A stretch of 64,000 nt of DNA from the NCBI GenBank assembly GCA_046563655.1, contig CM102285.1, forward strand, positions 558,001 to 622,000, written 5' to 3'. Each line of letters begins with the position of its first letter. Positions within the stretch are counted from its first letter, which is position 1. Under the pieces are notes generated by a model that saw only the letters and a list, made by a program, of their open reading frames with translations, searched no databases and was not told the origin of the DNA. The stretch comes from Yuukianura sp. NJ FZ-2021. Taxonomy: Eukaryota. A program made the translations under genes and the position numbers. Positions 13,824 to 27,436 of this stretch are shown here, in pieces.

Positions 13824-16316
13824 TGTTCCGTTTCCGGTTTTCTCGCTTCGGGTTTTCACGTTTCACGCTTCAGTTTCTCAAGTTTCGTAAAATTTTTATC
13901 AAGAAATCAACTTTTCGTGAAAATTTCTCCAAAAATGAAAAGTTTCTTGACTTTGTGAAGTGTATGCATCCACTTGTTGATGTAATTGCTAAGTGTCAAA
14001 CCAATTAACTCCTCAAAAGTGAAGACCACCACCACTTAAGTTTGCACCAACTTCACAGAGAAACGCAAAAAAAAACGAAACTCACGACGCGCCAACTTCT
14101 GAATAGTGGAGTCGTGACTGAAGCCAAAGCTTCTCTGAAAGTGATCTCCGCCGATGATTGTCCTGCAGGAGGGTGGGTTGAAGCAAGGGGGTAGTTTTTG
14201 GATGTACCTTCAAGGGGCGGAGCAAGCACAAATAGGCTGTTCTGATTGGTCTACTCAGATGCTTGAGGCGGGAGAAAGCAAGAAGACACGCAGAATTGCA
14301 ACAAGATGCTTGAAAGTGAAGGAAGATGAGCGACGAGAGGAGATTCCCCAGCGGCATCCAAAAGTTCTAATTTTATCAAGTGTCAAAATCTCTCTTTTCA
14401 ACTCGGAGTCAATGCATGTCAAAAACTAAACAAATAATCCAAGTATAAAAAATTCAAACATAAAAATAAAAAAAAATCATTTTTTTTTTCAAAACAATTG
14501 TTTTTTCAAAAACCGAACGCAGTTTGCAGAAGGTTGCTTGTGGGAACTTTTTTTTTTTTGATTTTTCATGGACTTTAGAAAAAAAAAAGTCGCACTTTTC
14601 TCTGAGGTGGAAAAAATGAAGCAGTGAAAAAGTGAAAATTTTTTAACACGACTTTTTCTTCTTCAAATAGACAATCAAAAATTTAAATTTTTTGTCAAAA
14701 TTTTGATTTTTTGGAGAACACTATACGCCTAACATTGAAAATATTTTTAAACAAGTTCTTTTCTTTAAGGTGTTGCTGTTTGTACAACCCGTTTTCTAAA
14801 TAGAATTGTTTGAAACAAAATTTTGAAAAACAGATTTGTTCCCGCAATGAAATTTGAAAAGAAAGTGACAAATGGTTGGATTATTTTTGAAGTTGTTGAT
14901 ACTTGTCCACCGTAATTGCCGTAGACGGAGGGAAATTCAAATATTTCCTTATTCAAATATTTCTTTGTTGCTGTTAATTCCTTCATTGAGCTCAATTAGC
15001 ATCTCCCTGTAGCCCTTTGAAGAGAAAGCGGGAGTACCCTTAAGTGGGTACTTAGACAAGGAGGCCTTGAAGATTCTTAGCTTCTGGAAGCGCCCAGGGT
15101 CCTTCTTCCTTTGGCGACAAGCAGTCTGGGGTGCTCAATTTAAGGGGTCCTTCATCTCCTCATGTTGTTTGTACTGCACCGACACTTTGTGTGGACGAGC
15201 CCTTAAGGGCCTTTGTTCCTTCTTCAAGGAACCTCAAAGAATGAAAAAAGAACTTCCGGATTAGTGACATTCTTCACACCATAGACCAAGAGGAACCATT
15301 TAGACTAGGTTAGTGAAGGGCTCTCTCCGTAAGGGCCCCTCGGAAGCTTAAATGGAGCATTGACGAAGGATTAGGAGCCCTTGAAAAGTGACCCTCAGCG
15401 AAGTGACCCCTTGAAATTGCCTCAATTTGTCAGTCAACCACATTAATAACTCACACCTTTTCAAGGGACACTGAAATGACCATCTAAGGGTTCTTAACAA
15501 TATGTAAAACTTAGCTTTTGAGTTTACCCGCTCATTCATACAGTAAACCCTGTTCAAACAGGCAAACAATTTGGCGAGAGTTAAAAAACGTTTTTTGTAT
15601 GCAGTTTTATTGAAAAAGTGAAATAAAAAAACTTCAATTTTTGGTGAAATTTCATGTTTTATTAAATAGCGAAAGCTACTTTATGCCTTAACCTGCCTAG
15701 TTCTTAGTTCCTAAACGTTTTACTAATAAAATATTACACGGTCGTAAACCCGGGTGTACAAAAGTAGCGAAAGGTGTCGAATGCATTTGTAAATGGTAAC
15801 TTACACCGCCACCTAACCGCACCATAATGAACGATTAGGTTTACGAATAACGTAACGAATTTACTATTACGAATAAATTGAATTGAATTGAATTAAACTT
15901 GAACGGCAAAAAAAAATAGTTGACATTTAACGGGGAGGGTCACCATGGGTACACAAAAGTCGTTTCTCTTGCTGAAATGAAAAACTCAATTTTTACGTTG
16001 CCAGAAGCCGGTTACCCTTAACCTTTGACCCGGAAGGAGTTGACGTATCTCTTTCTCAATACACCATTGTGCGTGTGTCGTCGTGGCCTTGAGTGAGAAA
16101 AGTGAGAGTTAACTCTCGCCTGGAATTCAAGGTTATCCAGCACAGGAGTTAACTCTCACTGCACGAACACCAAAACACGGGTTGACGTAAACCATATATT
16201 GGCTAATTGTACCCAACCTTTGTCTTTTTCTACTATTTCTAAATTTAACGATTGCGATAGATACAATTAGTCGATTAGCCTGTCAAACATAGGCACATGG
16301 TACATGTGCGCACACT

Positions 16317-16357
16317 CTAGACTATTTGCGTTGCCGATTGGCAACGCAATAGTCTAG
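16317..16357. repeat. Near-perfect short palindrome bounded by CTAG
   Basis: CTAGACTAT(T)TGCGTTGCC-GATT-GGCAACGCAATAGTCTAG. Confidence 0.75.
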
Positions 16358-19300
16358 TTTGTACAATTTTCAGTAGTCAATATCCCGGCCGGTTTGGTGT
16401 TTATCGGTGAAAACAGATCCCGAAAACCTTCTTTTCTTTTTAACGTTCCTTTTTAACACTCCAACTTTTGGAATGTTACTTCATATACAATTTAAAGCAC
16501 AGGTTTTTGGTTTGGTTAATGGTCGGAACATAGACGTGAAACCCGGGATGTCGCAATGGTCTTAGGGATGCTTCGTCCATGGCGGATTAGCAGGTGAATG
16601 TCAATTCCATTAAATTCATACAATAACAACTGAAATTTCAGACGCAAGCGTAGGAAAAAGTTTCTTATGTTCAATTTTGCATTGAATGAATTTAAAAAAC
16701 CAAAGCAAAAAAAGTCATTTAGGTTTCTTGTTTTTTTTTTTCTCACAATGACAAAGGTATAATGTATCAAAATATTGTATTGTCTCGGGAATCGGATTAG
16801 GATCATACATTAGTGTTGCAAAAAAAAAAATCGCTGAGACTTTGCCAAAAAGCATGTCTTAAAATCCAAATATGCACATGCGTGGACTCGTGCAGATTTG
16901 TCAATTCAATGTGTACTTGAATTTACAGTATGACCTTCAACTGACCTTCAACTGATAAATAAGAACTCAAAATGTGGTTAACTATTTCGCTAGTTATTCG
17001 CTTTCATTCATTCCCCACATTCTTAAATCATCCAATCTTTCAACTGACCTCCACTTTCTCGCGATCCGGAAATTGAAAACATCATTTCAGATCAAATGTT
17101 TCATACACGCCCTTTTTTAGTTTTAAAAATTTGGATTTCTCAAAACAGGAAATTGAATTGGATTTAAAAAAAACTGAACTTTCTCCTCTCTAACTGTCAC
17201 TTTATCTAAACTTCATTTTTTTAGCCTTAGTCTTAGCAGAACGGAATGGCTCATACTAAGCGACCTCAAGACTCACAATAATTTCAAAGTATTCAATGAT
17301 TTAATTTGTTTTACCGCCATCCATCCAGAGACCTCTCTGAACACAGAATTTTAACAGACCTTTTAAAAACAAACTTCCTTTCTTTCAAATTTCGAAAGAT
17401 TAGTGCCCTGGATGGTAGGTTTAAACCTTGAACTCTAACTGTTTACCAAAAAAAAAAAATTAATTTAGCAACCTTGTGAAAGTTACAAGGTTTGGTTTTT
17501 AGGAACTTCTGATTTGTGGAGAAATGAAATCTCTCCAGAAAACTGTTGCAGCCCAGCCCAGAGTCATGTGTCATCTAAAGTCGGACGATCATTGCCCGCT
17601 GCCGTTGGACACTACTGGATTCCTACTCTACTCTGCTCTGAAACGGCAGTTTTGGTAAACAGCATTTTCATCAAAACGAATTCAATTTCGAAAAATTGAG
17701 GCAAATTTTTGTTGACCTAATTCTTGTTGAACTAGTTGACTATTGCTGGAACGCAATTCATTCATGGATAGCAAGGAACTTGGTTAAACAAGTTCAAGGA
17801 TTCTTTTCGTTTTCTGTTTAATAAATTAGTAAAGTCACATTTCAGACGTGTCCAAATTCGGTGCTTTGGAAAGTGCGTCGCGAATTTGACAGTATATTTC
17901 CTGTTTGTGCAGTTTTTTAGCACAAATCGCTCAGCCATCAGCGCTTCAACCATTCGCTGCATGTCGTAAGTCATATGCTGCAAGCGTTTTCCCTCTCCAG
18001 CGTAAAAAGTTGTTTTGTGCAAAATGTTTTGAAAACTTGTTTTTTCAAACGCTACGTGAAGCTTCGATGTGAATCACAGTGTCCTTTCACCAACTTGAAA
18101 TTTTAGTCCCATAATTTGATGGCCGAGACGAACAACCTCGAAGCACCGATTTTTTAAAAGAATTTTTGGTCTTGACAATGTTCAAATCATCTTTTTTGTA
18201 AATTGATGCATGACTTTACGAGATCTCGAGAGACCTGGATCAACAAATGACCTCAAGCGATCATGCATTTTTTGGACACAGAGATGTACTCTTGACAAAT
18301 TTTAAAACAAATAAAACTGTTGTCTTCCTGGGGAAAAATGATTGAGATAGACAAGAGGAGGGATCAACTGGTATTGTGAGTACAGTCTTTCCTTAATTAC
18401 TAATTAATTACGGTCCTAAACACCATACTCTCAAAGTTCGCACACATCAACGGATAGAAATTGTAATATGATTGTTCCGAGGGTCAGAAAAGTACACCAC
18501 ACTTTTCGCATTATTGCTGCGCAGCCGTAGTTTTACTCTTTTACTGTGCAATAGTACTTTAACTTATTCTTTCATCAGAACCGCAATTTGAGGATCTAGA
18601 TTCTAACGGCTACTTCCTTTTGTTTCCAGGGACATTCAAGCTTCAGCGAAGCCACCTTGGAAAATCGCTTGAAGGATTTACTGCATCTGACGGATTTGCA
18701 GTTGAAAAATAACGTGAAGTACATGAACGCGAAGAAGAAGAAAATGGACAAGGACAAGCGGCAGTTCGACGAGGAATAGACTTCAGTTAAAGCGGAAGGG
18801 TGAAAATAAGTGAGTTTGTTTTGAAAACTCTTGCCTATTGGTTCAGTTTGGTCTTTTATGTAAATTTTGACTCTGATTCTGATTCTGATGTAAACTGTAT
18901 TGCATTCGAACTCCTATAATTTTTTTCAACTCGTGTTTTTGCGCGTGATAATTCTTTTTTCCTTCTAATATTCAAAGTTAAACAAAACTTTTTATTACCT
19001 CGAGTAAAAGGACAGTAACCATTTCACAAATGAGATAAGCCAGTGAAGCGTACTTGGGTAGCTCTTCCGCTTGTTGGACATAAAAGTAACCAAGTGGCAG
19101 CATGAGGCAAATCATGGCACAGATTGGTCGCCAGATTTCGAACTCTTGATTATCATCATTAAATTGCAAATGACTTAATCGGGTATTTATATTTAGTTGC
19201 AAATTGACTTGTCGTATCAGAGCAAGGAACACGGACAAAGTCAACATACCCGACCGTAAAAGTGATCCGACAAATGTTTAGTTCGAATTATTTCAAATAG

Positions 19301-22300
19301 TTGCATTTATGATGTACAAACTCGATAAATGACGCAGGACACAACTTTCTGGGGACTTTAAATTAATGCATGAGATAATGCATCGGATCCAAAAATAAGA
19401 ATACGAGATACATGGACAAAAGTACGTTACAACAGTTGCTCAGCTAAAGCGGAATCGATGGATGAGGAATCACGTATGCATAAGGATTGAAGATAAGTTC
19501 CGCGGCCCTGGTAAAACCGGAAATTTACACAATGGACGAAGTGGAAGAGATACTGGAGAAAGTGGTAAGTGTTAAATCATTCTAATCACTTTTTTTTTTA
19601 CAGAAAAGAGGCATTGCCAAAATTGAAAAATTAGACTCAACTTTTTATAAATTTTGGTTTCTTTTGTCGCAAATTTGTTCTGACAGAATATTTTTCAAAA
19701 TAATTTTTATAGTTTTGCCAAAAAAAGCGAAAAAAAAACCCTACTCAACACTTCGAACTTAACCCTAATCAACCAAAGGAAGTGAAGTGCTGTCAGATTT
19801 TGTAATTCACATTTCTAAATCCGAGTTTTTATGTGGAAATCAAAACTTCAGTTTACAAAATTGAGTCACAATTTAGTAACAATTTAGGTCACAAGTAGGC
19901 CAATGAAGGTCTAAGGCGTGATCTACAAACTCGGTTTGTACTTTGTTACCAATAACATTGGAATTGATGCTCAGACGTCTAGTCGAAACAACTCGGCAAT
20001 TGCAAGTGAGTTGTAACCAAAATAATGACAATTTCCAAAAACCAAAACGTTCAAAAAATAACATCTAAAGATAGGCTTTTGGTTTTCAGCTTTTTCCCAT
20101 CGCTTTTTGTTTCTTAAGGTTACCTCTCCAATCTCAAAGTCAACTACCTTTGTTCTACAAAAGTATTGTGCTTTTCAGAGATATGGGGATATTCGGAAGA
20201 ACAGAATCTTTCTGAGACGGTCGTTAAACTTTCTTAGAATCTCTTGCTGCTGTTAATGCTTCGGTCTATGACCATGACTATCCAATTTTAAGCTAAATTA
20301 GGACAAAAGTCGTAAAAACGGACAGGTTCAAGTCTACAGAATAATATACTAATAACTACATGTATCACGTTGAAAATTATAGTCGCCTGGAACCTGCAAA
20401 GTAAAAATTTCCTTAAGCTAGGAGTACCTTAAATTAGTTTATGAAAACTTTAGACCTACGATAAACGACTTTTTCGAAGAACAAGGATGTAATGCTAAGT
20501 ATATGTGCTACGACCAGTAGCATAACAATGAATGCAATTTAGGTTTATCCCAACCCAAGTCATATGTAGCTTTAATAAATTATACAAATATACAATGAAA
20601 TAAAATTCAATTTAGTCGAATTAACCAATGGAATTAGTCGACAGGATTAAAAAAAAGTTCTGTTTTTTGTTTATCACCATGTAAAACTGCTTCCAAGTTT
20701 TACTCGGGACATAGGAAGATTTTGAAAATTCTAAAGCAAAATCAATTTTAGCCTCTGTTTTTAGCTTTTTCAATTTCAAATCTTTGTCGACCTTTTCCAA
20801 AAAAAAATCCATATAAATTGGAGTTCCTCTCAATGCCACCTGACATTCCAGTGACCGTGAACTATGAATATACGTGCTATGTAATTTTGGGGGTCCAATT
20901 TTAGTCGGAATTTTAGTCGCAACTTCTTAAATGGTTTTTGTCATAAAATTGGAAGCTTCATAACCGTACTTTAAATTTGAGTAAAATAGGGAATTAGCAT
21001 TCTTTGATAAAATTAACAAGAGTTGCTTTCATCTATGCCTGAATTGCGTACGAAGGTTGCAACGTTTCTGTGGAAGCTTTTCATTTCTCGATAAATCAAA
21101 AATTCCTCTACAAGGTTTGCGAAATTAATTTGATTTTTATGGAAAGTTTCCCTGCCGCGTAATGGAAATTTTTCATGTCGCATAATGGGAAGATTTCATT
21201 CCGCGTGGGACGGTGGTTCAGTTCATTGATACCCGGAAATGCAAATGGAATCTATTAGATTGATACATTAGATTGAGCTATTTGACTGTATTTCTTGAAA
21301 TCTTTTGCTTTCCAAATATCCTATGGTGTTCACACAAACTCAATTGTGTTTCTTGCTTTATAAAAAAAAATTCCATAAACAAAGTAACTCCATGAAAGCG
21401 GGAACAAAAGAAAGCCCTTTAAAATAGTCTTAGTTGTAAAAATAGATTGGAAACAACGGGGTTAGTCAGTAGCACGGGTGTGAGTGGACTTCTTCGATAG
21501 CTGCTCGCATTTTTGTCGATTCCTTTAGGGCGCACTGATTATAGCATTTAAGTCACTGATTCACATTTTCTTTTGTCAACAACCTACAACTTATTCCTGT
21601 TTTTGAACAAATCGGATATGTTTCAATATCTGCCTAACTCAAAGTCTCTATGTCAGGAACATTTTCTATAACTGCCAGCACTGCATGCAACACAGCAAAT
21701 TTTTACAATTTCAGTTCACCTTTTGAAATTTTCATGATAATTTTTGAAATAGTTGTCATTGACGGGCGAGGGGCGTGGAAAATGGCTAGTAGGACAATTT
21801 GTAGGGTGTTCATTCTGCTAAAAAGTTAAATGCATTTCAAATCCGCAACTTTTAATTCCAAAATTCCTTTTGAAAAGTTAAAATTTTGATGTTTTCATGA
21901 AATGCATCAAAGTCCGTAGGACTTTATATAGCAATCACAGGAGTTGCGGAATATGCTTGTTGAGAATATGCGTCTGAAGACTTGAGCAAAGAAATATGAC
22001 AAATGCAAATCCTGGCTCCAACTTTTGAAATTTGAAAGTCAGCCAGCTTAAGCTTTGGATAGACACGGCTAGACTGAAAGAAAAAATGAAAATTGCAAAT
22101 TCGGATTCGCGCCGTTTTCAAACTCACCGTTGCGCGTTGTGATTGGGCAAAAATAAAAGATTGTTGGTCCACAGATCAGCGTGATTTAAAACAAGGAACC
22201 TATGTAGTTCGTGAACCGTATGAATTACGAAGTTTTCTTCCCGCAAACATTTAGTTCAAATCATTTCAAATAGTTTCATTTGTAGTGTAATAATTCGATA

Positions 22301-25300
22301 AAAGACACATGACACACTTTTCTGGGGACTTTAAATCAACGCATGGAATCTACGATGTGATCCAAAAATAAGAAAAAGGGATACATAGGCAACGGTACGT
22401 CGCGTTTCCAGTTAAAATTTTACTAACATTGGAGAAACGCAATATAAACTAGCTTCAAAATTACTTCCTTTTCCTACGCCCTGATCCAATTTCAAGATAA
22501 TGCAAACAACGACCTAATGAAATTATTATAGTATTTTTATTTTAGAGCTTTCAACATACAAACCAATTAAAGAGTTTCCTTAACTTTGAGATGCAACCAG
22601 TGTCAGGGTCAGGGAGAATTGCCAATGAAGAAGGTAAGAGCTTAGCGTCCCAAAATTATTAATACTCATTTTTATTTGAAGACCCGCCGGAAGGGAAAAC
22701 ACAAAATGAGAAACGAAATGGTAAACTGTGAGTCAAAAAGTGAAAGAAACCATACAAGACAGTTTCAAAATCATAAGCCTTTCAAAATCTGATTTTAGTA
22801 GAAGAAGAGCATGAACTTTGCTTTTCTCAACTTTGTCCGGTAAAGTTATTACAAAGTTATTTTTGGAACTTATTTTGGAACTGATGTTTTTCTAACAATT
22901 GGTTAGCATACTGATTATCATAAGAGTACCTTTAGTCTATTTGCTCCAACCCAGACCCTATAAAAAGGACAAGGTCACCTATTGGCATTTTCATTACTAG
23001 TTCTGACCATTGGGAAACACAATCAATTGTACTATCTGCCTGGTTTAGAGTCCAGATCTTTTCAAAAAGTTGCGAAGTTGATGTTAATTTGGCTAATAAG
23101 ATGTAATCGGGATAGATGACAAAGGCTGACAGGTAAAGTTGGCATGAGCTCATGTCAATTTTATAAGTAATTACTCTTGACTGTCCCAATCATGGAAATC
23201 ATTGAGCCTTCCAAGGTCATTGGTCCAACATTGCATCCTAACAGTCCACATATGAACCGACAGTTTGAACTTCGGATTGAGTTCCTCCTAACAGTAAAAT
23301 GACCACCTTCCTCACAGAAAGGTGGTAAGTTGACATGATGTTTACAGGGGTCCCTGTCCACTGTGTCCACTCAACCCTCTGGGCAGCACCCTTTGACGCT
23401 ACAAGCTTCACCTCAAAACCCAAATCCGCCTTTGCTCCTTTCATTGCTCCGTCATTTTCTCAGTCTCAGTCTCGAAATAACAGGCCAAAAGGGACGAAAA
23501 AATGAACAAAAAGAAAAATGTAAAAATTTGCCGCGCTAGGTGGCGCTCAAACGAAACAAGCTTTTACAAGTGCGCCATAGGTTTTCATGCAAGAAACGTT
23601 CCCTTTCTAAAAAAAAGTTATCCAAGCGCCGCCACTTGGATCTTTTCGTCTTTAAATAAACGTTAATTGCCTAAATCCACGCACAATAAGGTGAGTCCAT
23701 ATCCACTATTCGTTCAGCATTATTTATCACACTGAAGAATCGTCTCTTCCTTCAAACTAGAATAGTAGACCAAATTCGGCTGGCTCGGTGACAAGTCTCA
23801 AATTCTCCTAGAGCCCCTTATTCTTCTTTGTACTGGAAGCACCACTGCAGGATTTTTTCTATGTCAATTTCGCGAGTTTCCGTCAAATAGTTGCAAGAAA
23901 CTGCAACTCAGCCGGAATTTCGATTAACACAAGGAAACACGTAAACTGATGATTTGATTAGTTATTCAACTGTAGCGGCTTCCTATTTTATGGTGCTCCA
24001 GCAGTATTGCTTTTGTGCATTTCTCCTGTCTCGTACTCATAGTCAAATAAACTAATTTCCATAATCCCTCCGCTTTGAGATTGCGAACGACCTCTTGGGG
24101 CTGCCGCAAATGGATAGCGTAGATCGTATGTGTGTGTGTACTGCTGCTCCCATTCCATGAAAGAGTTCAACCTGATTGTTCGTGTTGGCGGCCATTTTGT
24201 AAATACAAGATTGGAATTCAACTGAACTTGTGACTGAACTAAGCGGGTGACTCTCCTTCTAGCCGAACTTCCGAGCTTTGGAAATGAATTCTTTTTGAAA
24301 AAATCGTTTCCTTCAAAACATTTTGTTAAAAAATTCTAGCTTGAAAGCAGCTATTTCTGTTCAAGTGAAGGGCACACAAACGCTAAATCCAAAAAAAAAC
24401 TATTCCGCTGTTTCATTTTCTCAAGTTTACCGTGACCCATGGCACGTTGGATCCAGGAATTCCGTTTTGTGGTGACGTCTTGAAAGTTGTTGGTGATTGG
24501 TCATCAACCAAATGAATGTCTAACATTGACAGAATGTGAAGAACTGAAAGAGCGCTTGAAGGAAACCGTTGGTCAACAACTCAATTTTGAGAAAATGGGT
24601 TGAATAAATTTAAAAAGTCTTTTGCTTTTCTAGGAATTATTTGTTCCTAAGCTAAGCGAATCTTTGCATTCTATTGGATAAGAACAATAATTAAAAGTGG
24701 ATAAAGGTAAATTCTAAAAACAAGACTGAAAACTTAGTCTTAGTTGTCCTTTACTTCATGATTGCTTGAGTACAAGTTCAATAATATCAAAATTCTTTGG
24801 CTGGTGTTGAAAACAACACTACTAAAACACTCAAGATCGGAGAAGAAAACATCGCGTTGACGAAGCCATACACCATAATCCAAAATGATGTAATTAAAAA
24901 AAAAATTTTTTGTTAGAATTGGTAATGGCGGGTCATCTTCGTCCCAGTGGCGACCCAGTTCAGAGTTCACCCGTCACCAATTTTTAGTAAGACCGGGGAA
25001 AACGAATTCGATATTTTTTGGATCTTTTGGCTAAATCAGATTGACAATCCGTATTGGCCAATGTCTCAACAGCAAGTGCAGTTTACAATGACTCAAGAAC
25101 TATGTAAGTCTAAAAATTATTTTACTCAAAACTTTCAATTACGATTACATGTTGATACAAGGCTCCACGAACATCATATCGAACAGAACTATTTTTAATT
25201 GTTGTCAACACCTTTAAGTTTCTAAAAAAAGCTAACGTTTTTAATTTTCTAAAAAAAAATATAAGACAGCGTCGTTTTCTTTTCAAGGTTAATTTGAACA

Positions 25301-25387
25301 AACTTTAATTTTATTTATTGAAGTATCGATCGTACTAATAATTTTCATTCTATTTCATTCATTTCATTCTATCACATCGCAGAATTT

Positions 25388-25633
25388 CTAAAGGTATTTC
25401 CGATTTTTTCGTTGCCTTGCTTTTTGATCGAGCACTCCTTGAATCATGTGCCCAATTTGAGGGTCACCCTTTGACCAGAGCTGGATGAACCTTTGCTGAA
25501 CTTGTTTCGAAGATCCGAGGACTAATCTGGCCAAATGTTGTGCACTTCTGCAGCGGTTCCCTTCGTCCATTTCCTCCCGTCAGTATTTTCCTACTTGTGA
25601 GTAGTTGTCATCTTCACTCGTACTCCAGCGATT
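25388..25633 (-). pseudogene. Catalase C-terminal fragment (pseudogene), interrupted by a LINE
   Basis: Translation NRWSTSEDDNYSQVGKY*REEMDEGNRCRSAQHLARLVLGSSKQVQQRFIQLWSKGDPQIGHMIQGVLDQ aligns by eye to the animal catalase C-terminus (RFNTANDDNVTQVRAFY..VLNEEQRKRL.ENIA..L..A...IQ......F....P.YG..IQALLD). In-frame TGA at 25580-25582. Probable continuation beyond the LINE at about 27437-27460 and 27648-27695 (NFKGPEMANNALANSK, then a GT donor). Confidence 0.7.
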
Positions 25634-27436
25634 CGATAATTCCAGCCTCGATCAGCTTCAAAAAGTCGCTAGATCTGTTGCTACTTCAGACAAGTCAGAA
25701 AGACCCGTTCATTTCGATTGCCACAAATATGGCGCTCATCTCACTGCTACCGCTAGGTAGAATGCGATATGCTCTTGGTTTCTAGGACTGTGTCGATCGA
25801 GTCGATCGAAACAGCTGATCTCCTGCTCCTAAGTTTATTAATTTAACTAATTAATTCGAGAGATCGGCACTTCCAACTGAAACATTACAGTGTCAGGAAG
25901 GAAGACAAGCATCAACTACAACTAGACAATTCTCCAGTTCTACCTCAGAGACCATGAAAAATCGTTAATAATTGGACAACACTACTTTGTCACAAAAGTA
26001 AGTTCCTATTCTATGATAGTACTTGTAGACCCGGTGCTACATTCTTTTCGTACGAAATTGGCCTCAAAGATACTGGCACACACTTTGGTATTTATCTAGG
26101 AACTGATGAGTAAGAGAAAAAGTGCAACTGATTCCAGCCTCACAGAACCACCTGAAAAGACTAAAAATGGCAAATGGAGATGACATTATACGAGCAATCT
26201 CAAGAAAAATAGACGATGCAAAACTTGAATTGACCCAACAAATCTCATCACTCTCCTCCCAGCTCCAGATTTTGAGCGATCGTGTCCAATTGTGTGAAGA
26301 GAAGCAACTAGCAAATTCGCAAAAATCAGCCGAACAAGATAAAACGATTGAACAACTGCAAGTAGCAGTTTCAAAGTCTAACTTGATTTTGCACGGAGTT
26401 GACTACACTACGGGTGAAACATATGCCTCCCTCAAAACACTGGTTACCAGATTGTTGACAGAAACTACTCAGCTCGACATGACCTCCTCCATCGCAGAAG
26501 TATTCCGCCTCGGCAAACCTACTAGGCAGCAACCAAACAAACCCGTCAAGATAATCTTCAACAACTTGTCATCTCGTAATGCAGTCTGGAACGACAGGAA
26601 AAAATTCAATCAAAATAATGGCAAGATAACCATAACCGATGATGTACCAAAGTCAGTCCGTGTCCGCAGAGCTGCCAAGTACAAAGGACCCCGTCCAACA
26701 GCCGCAAACGCAAATCAGACACTATGACTAGCAGTCACATCACCACCGTCATCCTCTTTCTCATCGACTAAAAATAAAACCCCGATTAAGGTAGCTTCTC
26801 TCAACGTGTGCGGATTTAACAGTAAAGCTCATCTCATTGAAACACTTCTATTTAATGAAAGGTATGATGTACTTTGTCTCTCGGAGACACATCTACGCCC
26901 AGAACATCCTCCGCTACAAGTTCCAGGAAACGTATTTCATCATAAGGACCGTTGACTCCGTTACAAACATAATTCAGCAGGTGAGGACAACCCGAAGTCG
27001 CTCCTACCCTTCAAACTCACATTTCTTTCACAAATCATTTGTTCCAGCAATTACGCGAATCGTTGCCAACCTAAATGCCACTACGAATTTTAATTCTAAT
27101 TTTAATGTAACTAGGAATACTCTGTTCAACCTTATATTAAGCATGCACCTCTCTCATGTTTCTCATGACACTTCTGACACTAGCAACTTATGTAATCTTT
27201 CATGCATTGACTCCGTATTAAGACTTGACCATTAATATTTACTTCTACTTTTTACTCTAATTATTACTAATTTTGACTTTACAGCCCTAAAAGCATAGCT
27301 ATTAAGTTTTACAATTAACTGCAATGAACTGGACATAATACTCGCTAATACTTACAAACTGTCCACAAATACAGGAAGTGTAACGACCTGCTCGCAGGAA
27401 GCTTCTGATGAATAAATTGAAATTGAAATTGAAATT
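25634..27436 (+). mobile_element. Internally deleted APE-type non-LTR retrotransposon (CR1/L2-like)
   Basis: Intact ORF1, then an APE endonuclease N-terminus (IKVASLNVCGFNSK...YDVLCLSETHL), a deletion junction near 26950, an ORF2 C-terminal remnant (FFHKSFVPAITRIVANL), and AATAAA with an (ATTGAA)n tail at 27411-27436. ATT is shared at both boundaries. Confidence 0.85.
26167..26727 (+). CDS. LINE ORF1 (coiled coil plus L1-transposase-like RRM)
   Basis: MANGDDIIRAI..., coiled coil, then SKSNLILHGV...E....L..LV..LL...IAEVFRLGK.....KPVKIIF.....RNAVW..RKK......ITITDDVP, typical of CR1/L2 ORF1. Confidence 0.85.
   Translation: MANGDDIIRAISRKIDDAKLELTQQISSLSSQLQILSDRVQLCEEKQLANSQKSAEQDKTIEQLQVAVSKSNLILHGVDYTTGETYASLKTLVTRLLTETTQLDMTSSIAEVFRLGKPTRQQPNKPVKIIFNNLSSRNAVWNDRKKFNQNNGKITITDDVPKSVRVRRAAKYKGPRPTAANANQTL

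Noticed and set aside
15780-15895. AATAAA followed by (TTGAA)n, like a LINE 3' tail
   Set aside because: Too short, with no coding remnant or TSD to support an element call.
18978-19247. 89-aa hydrophobic ORF as a chemoreceptor fragment
   Set aside because: No recognisable family motif and no consistent flanking exons.
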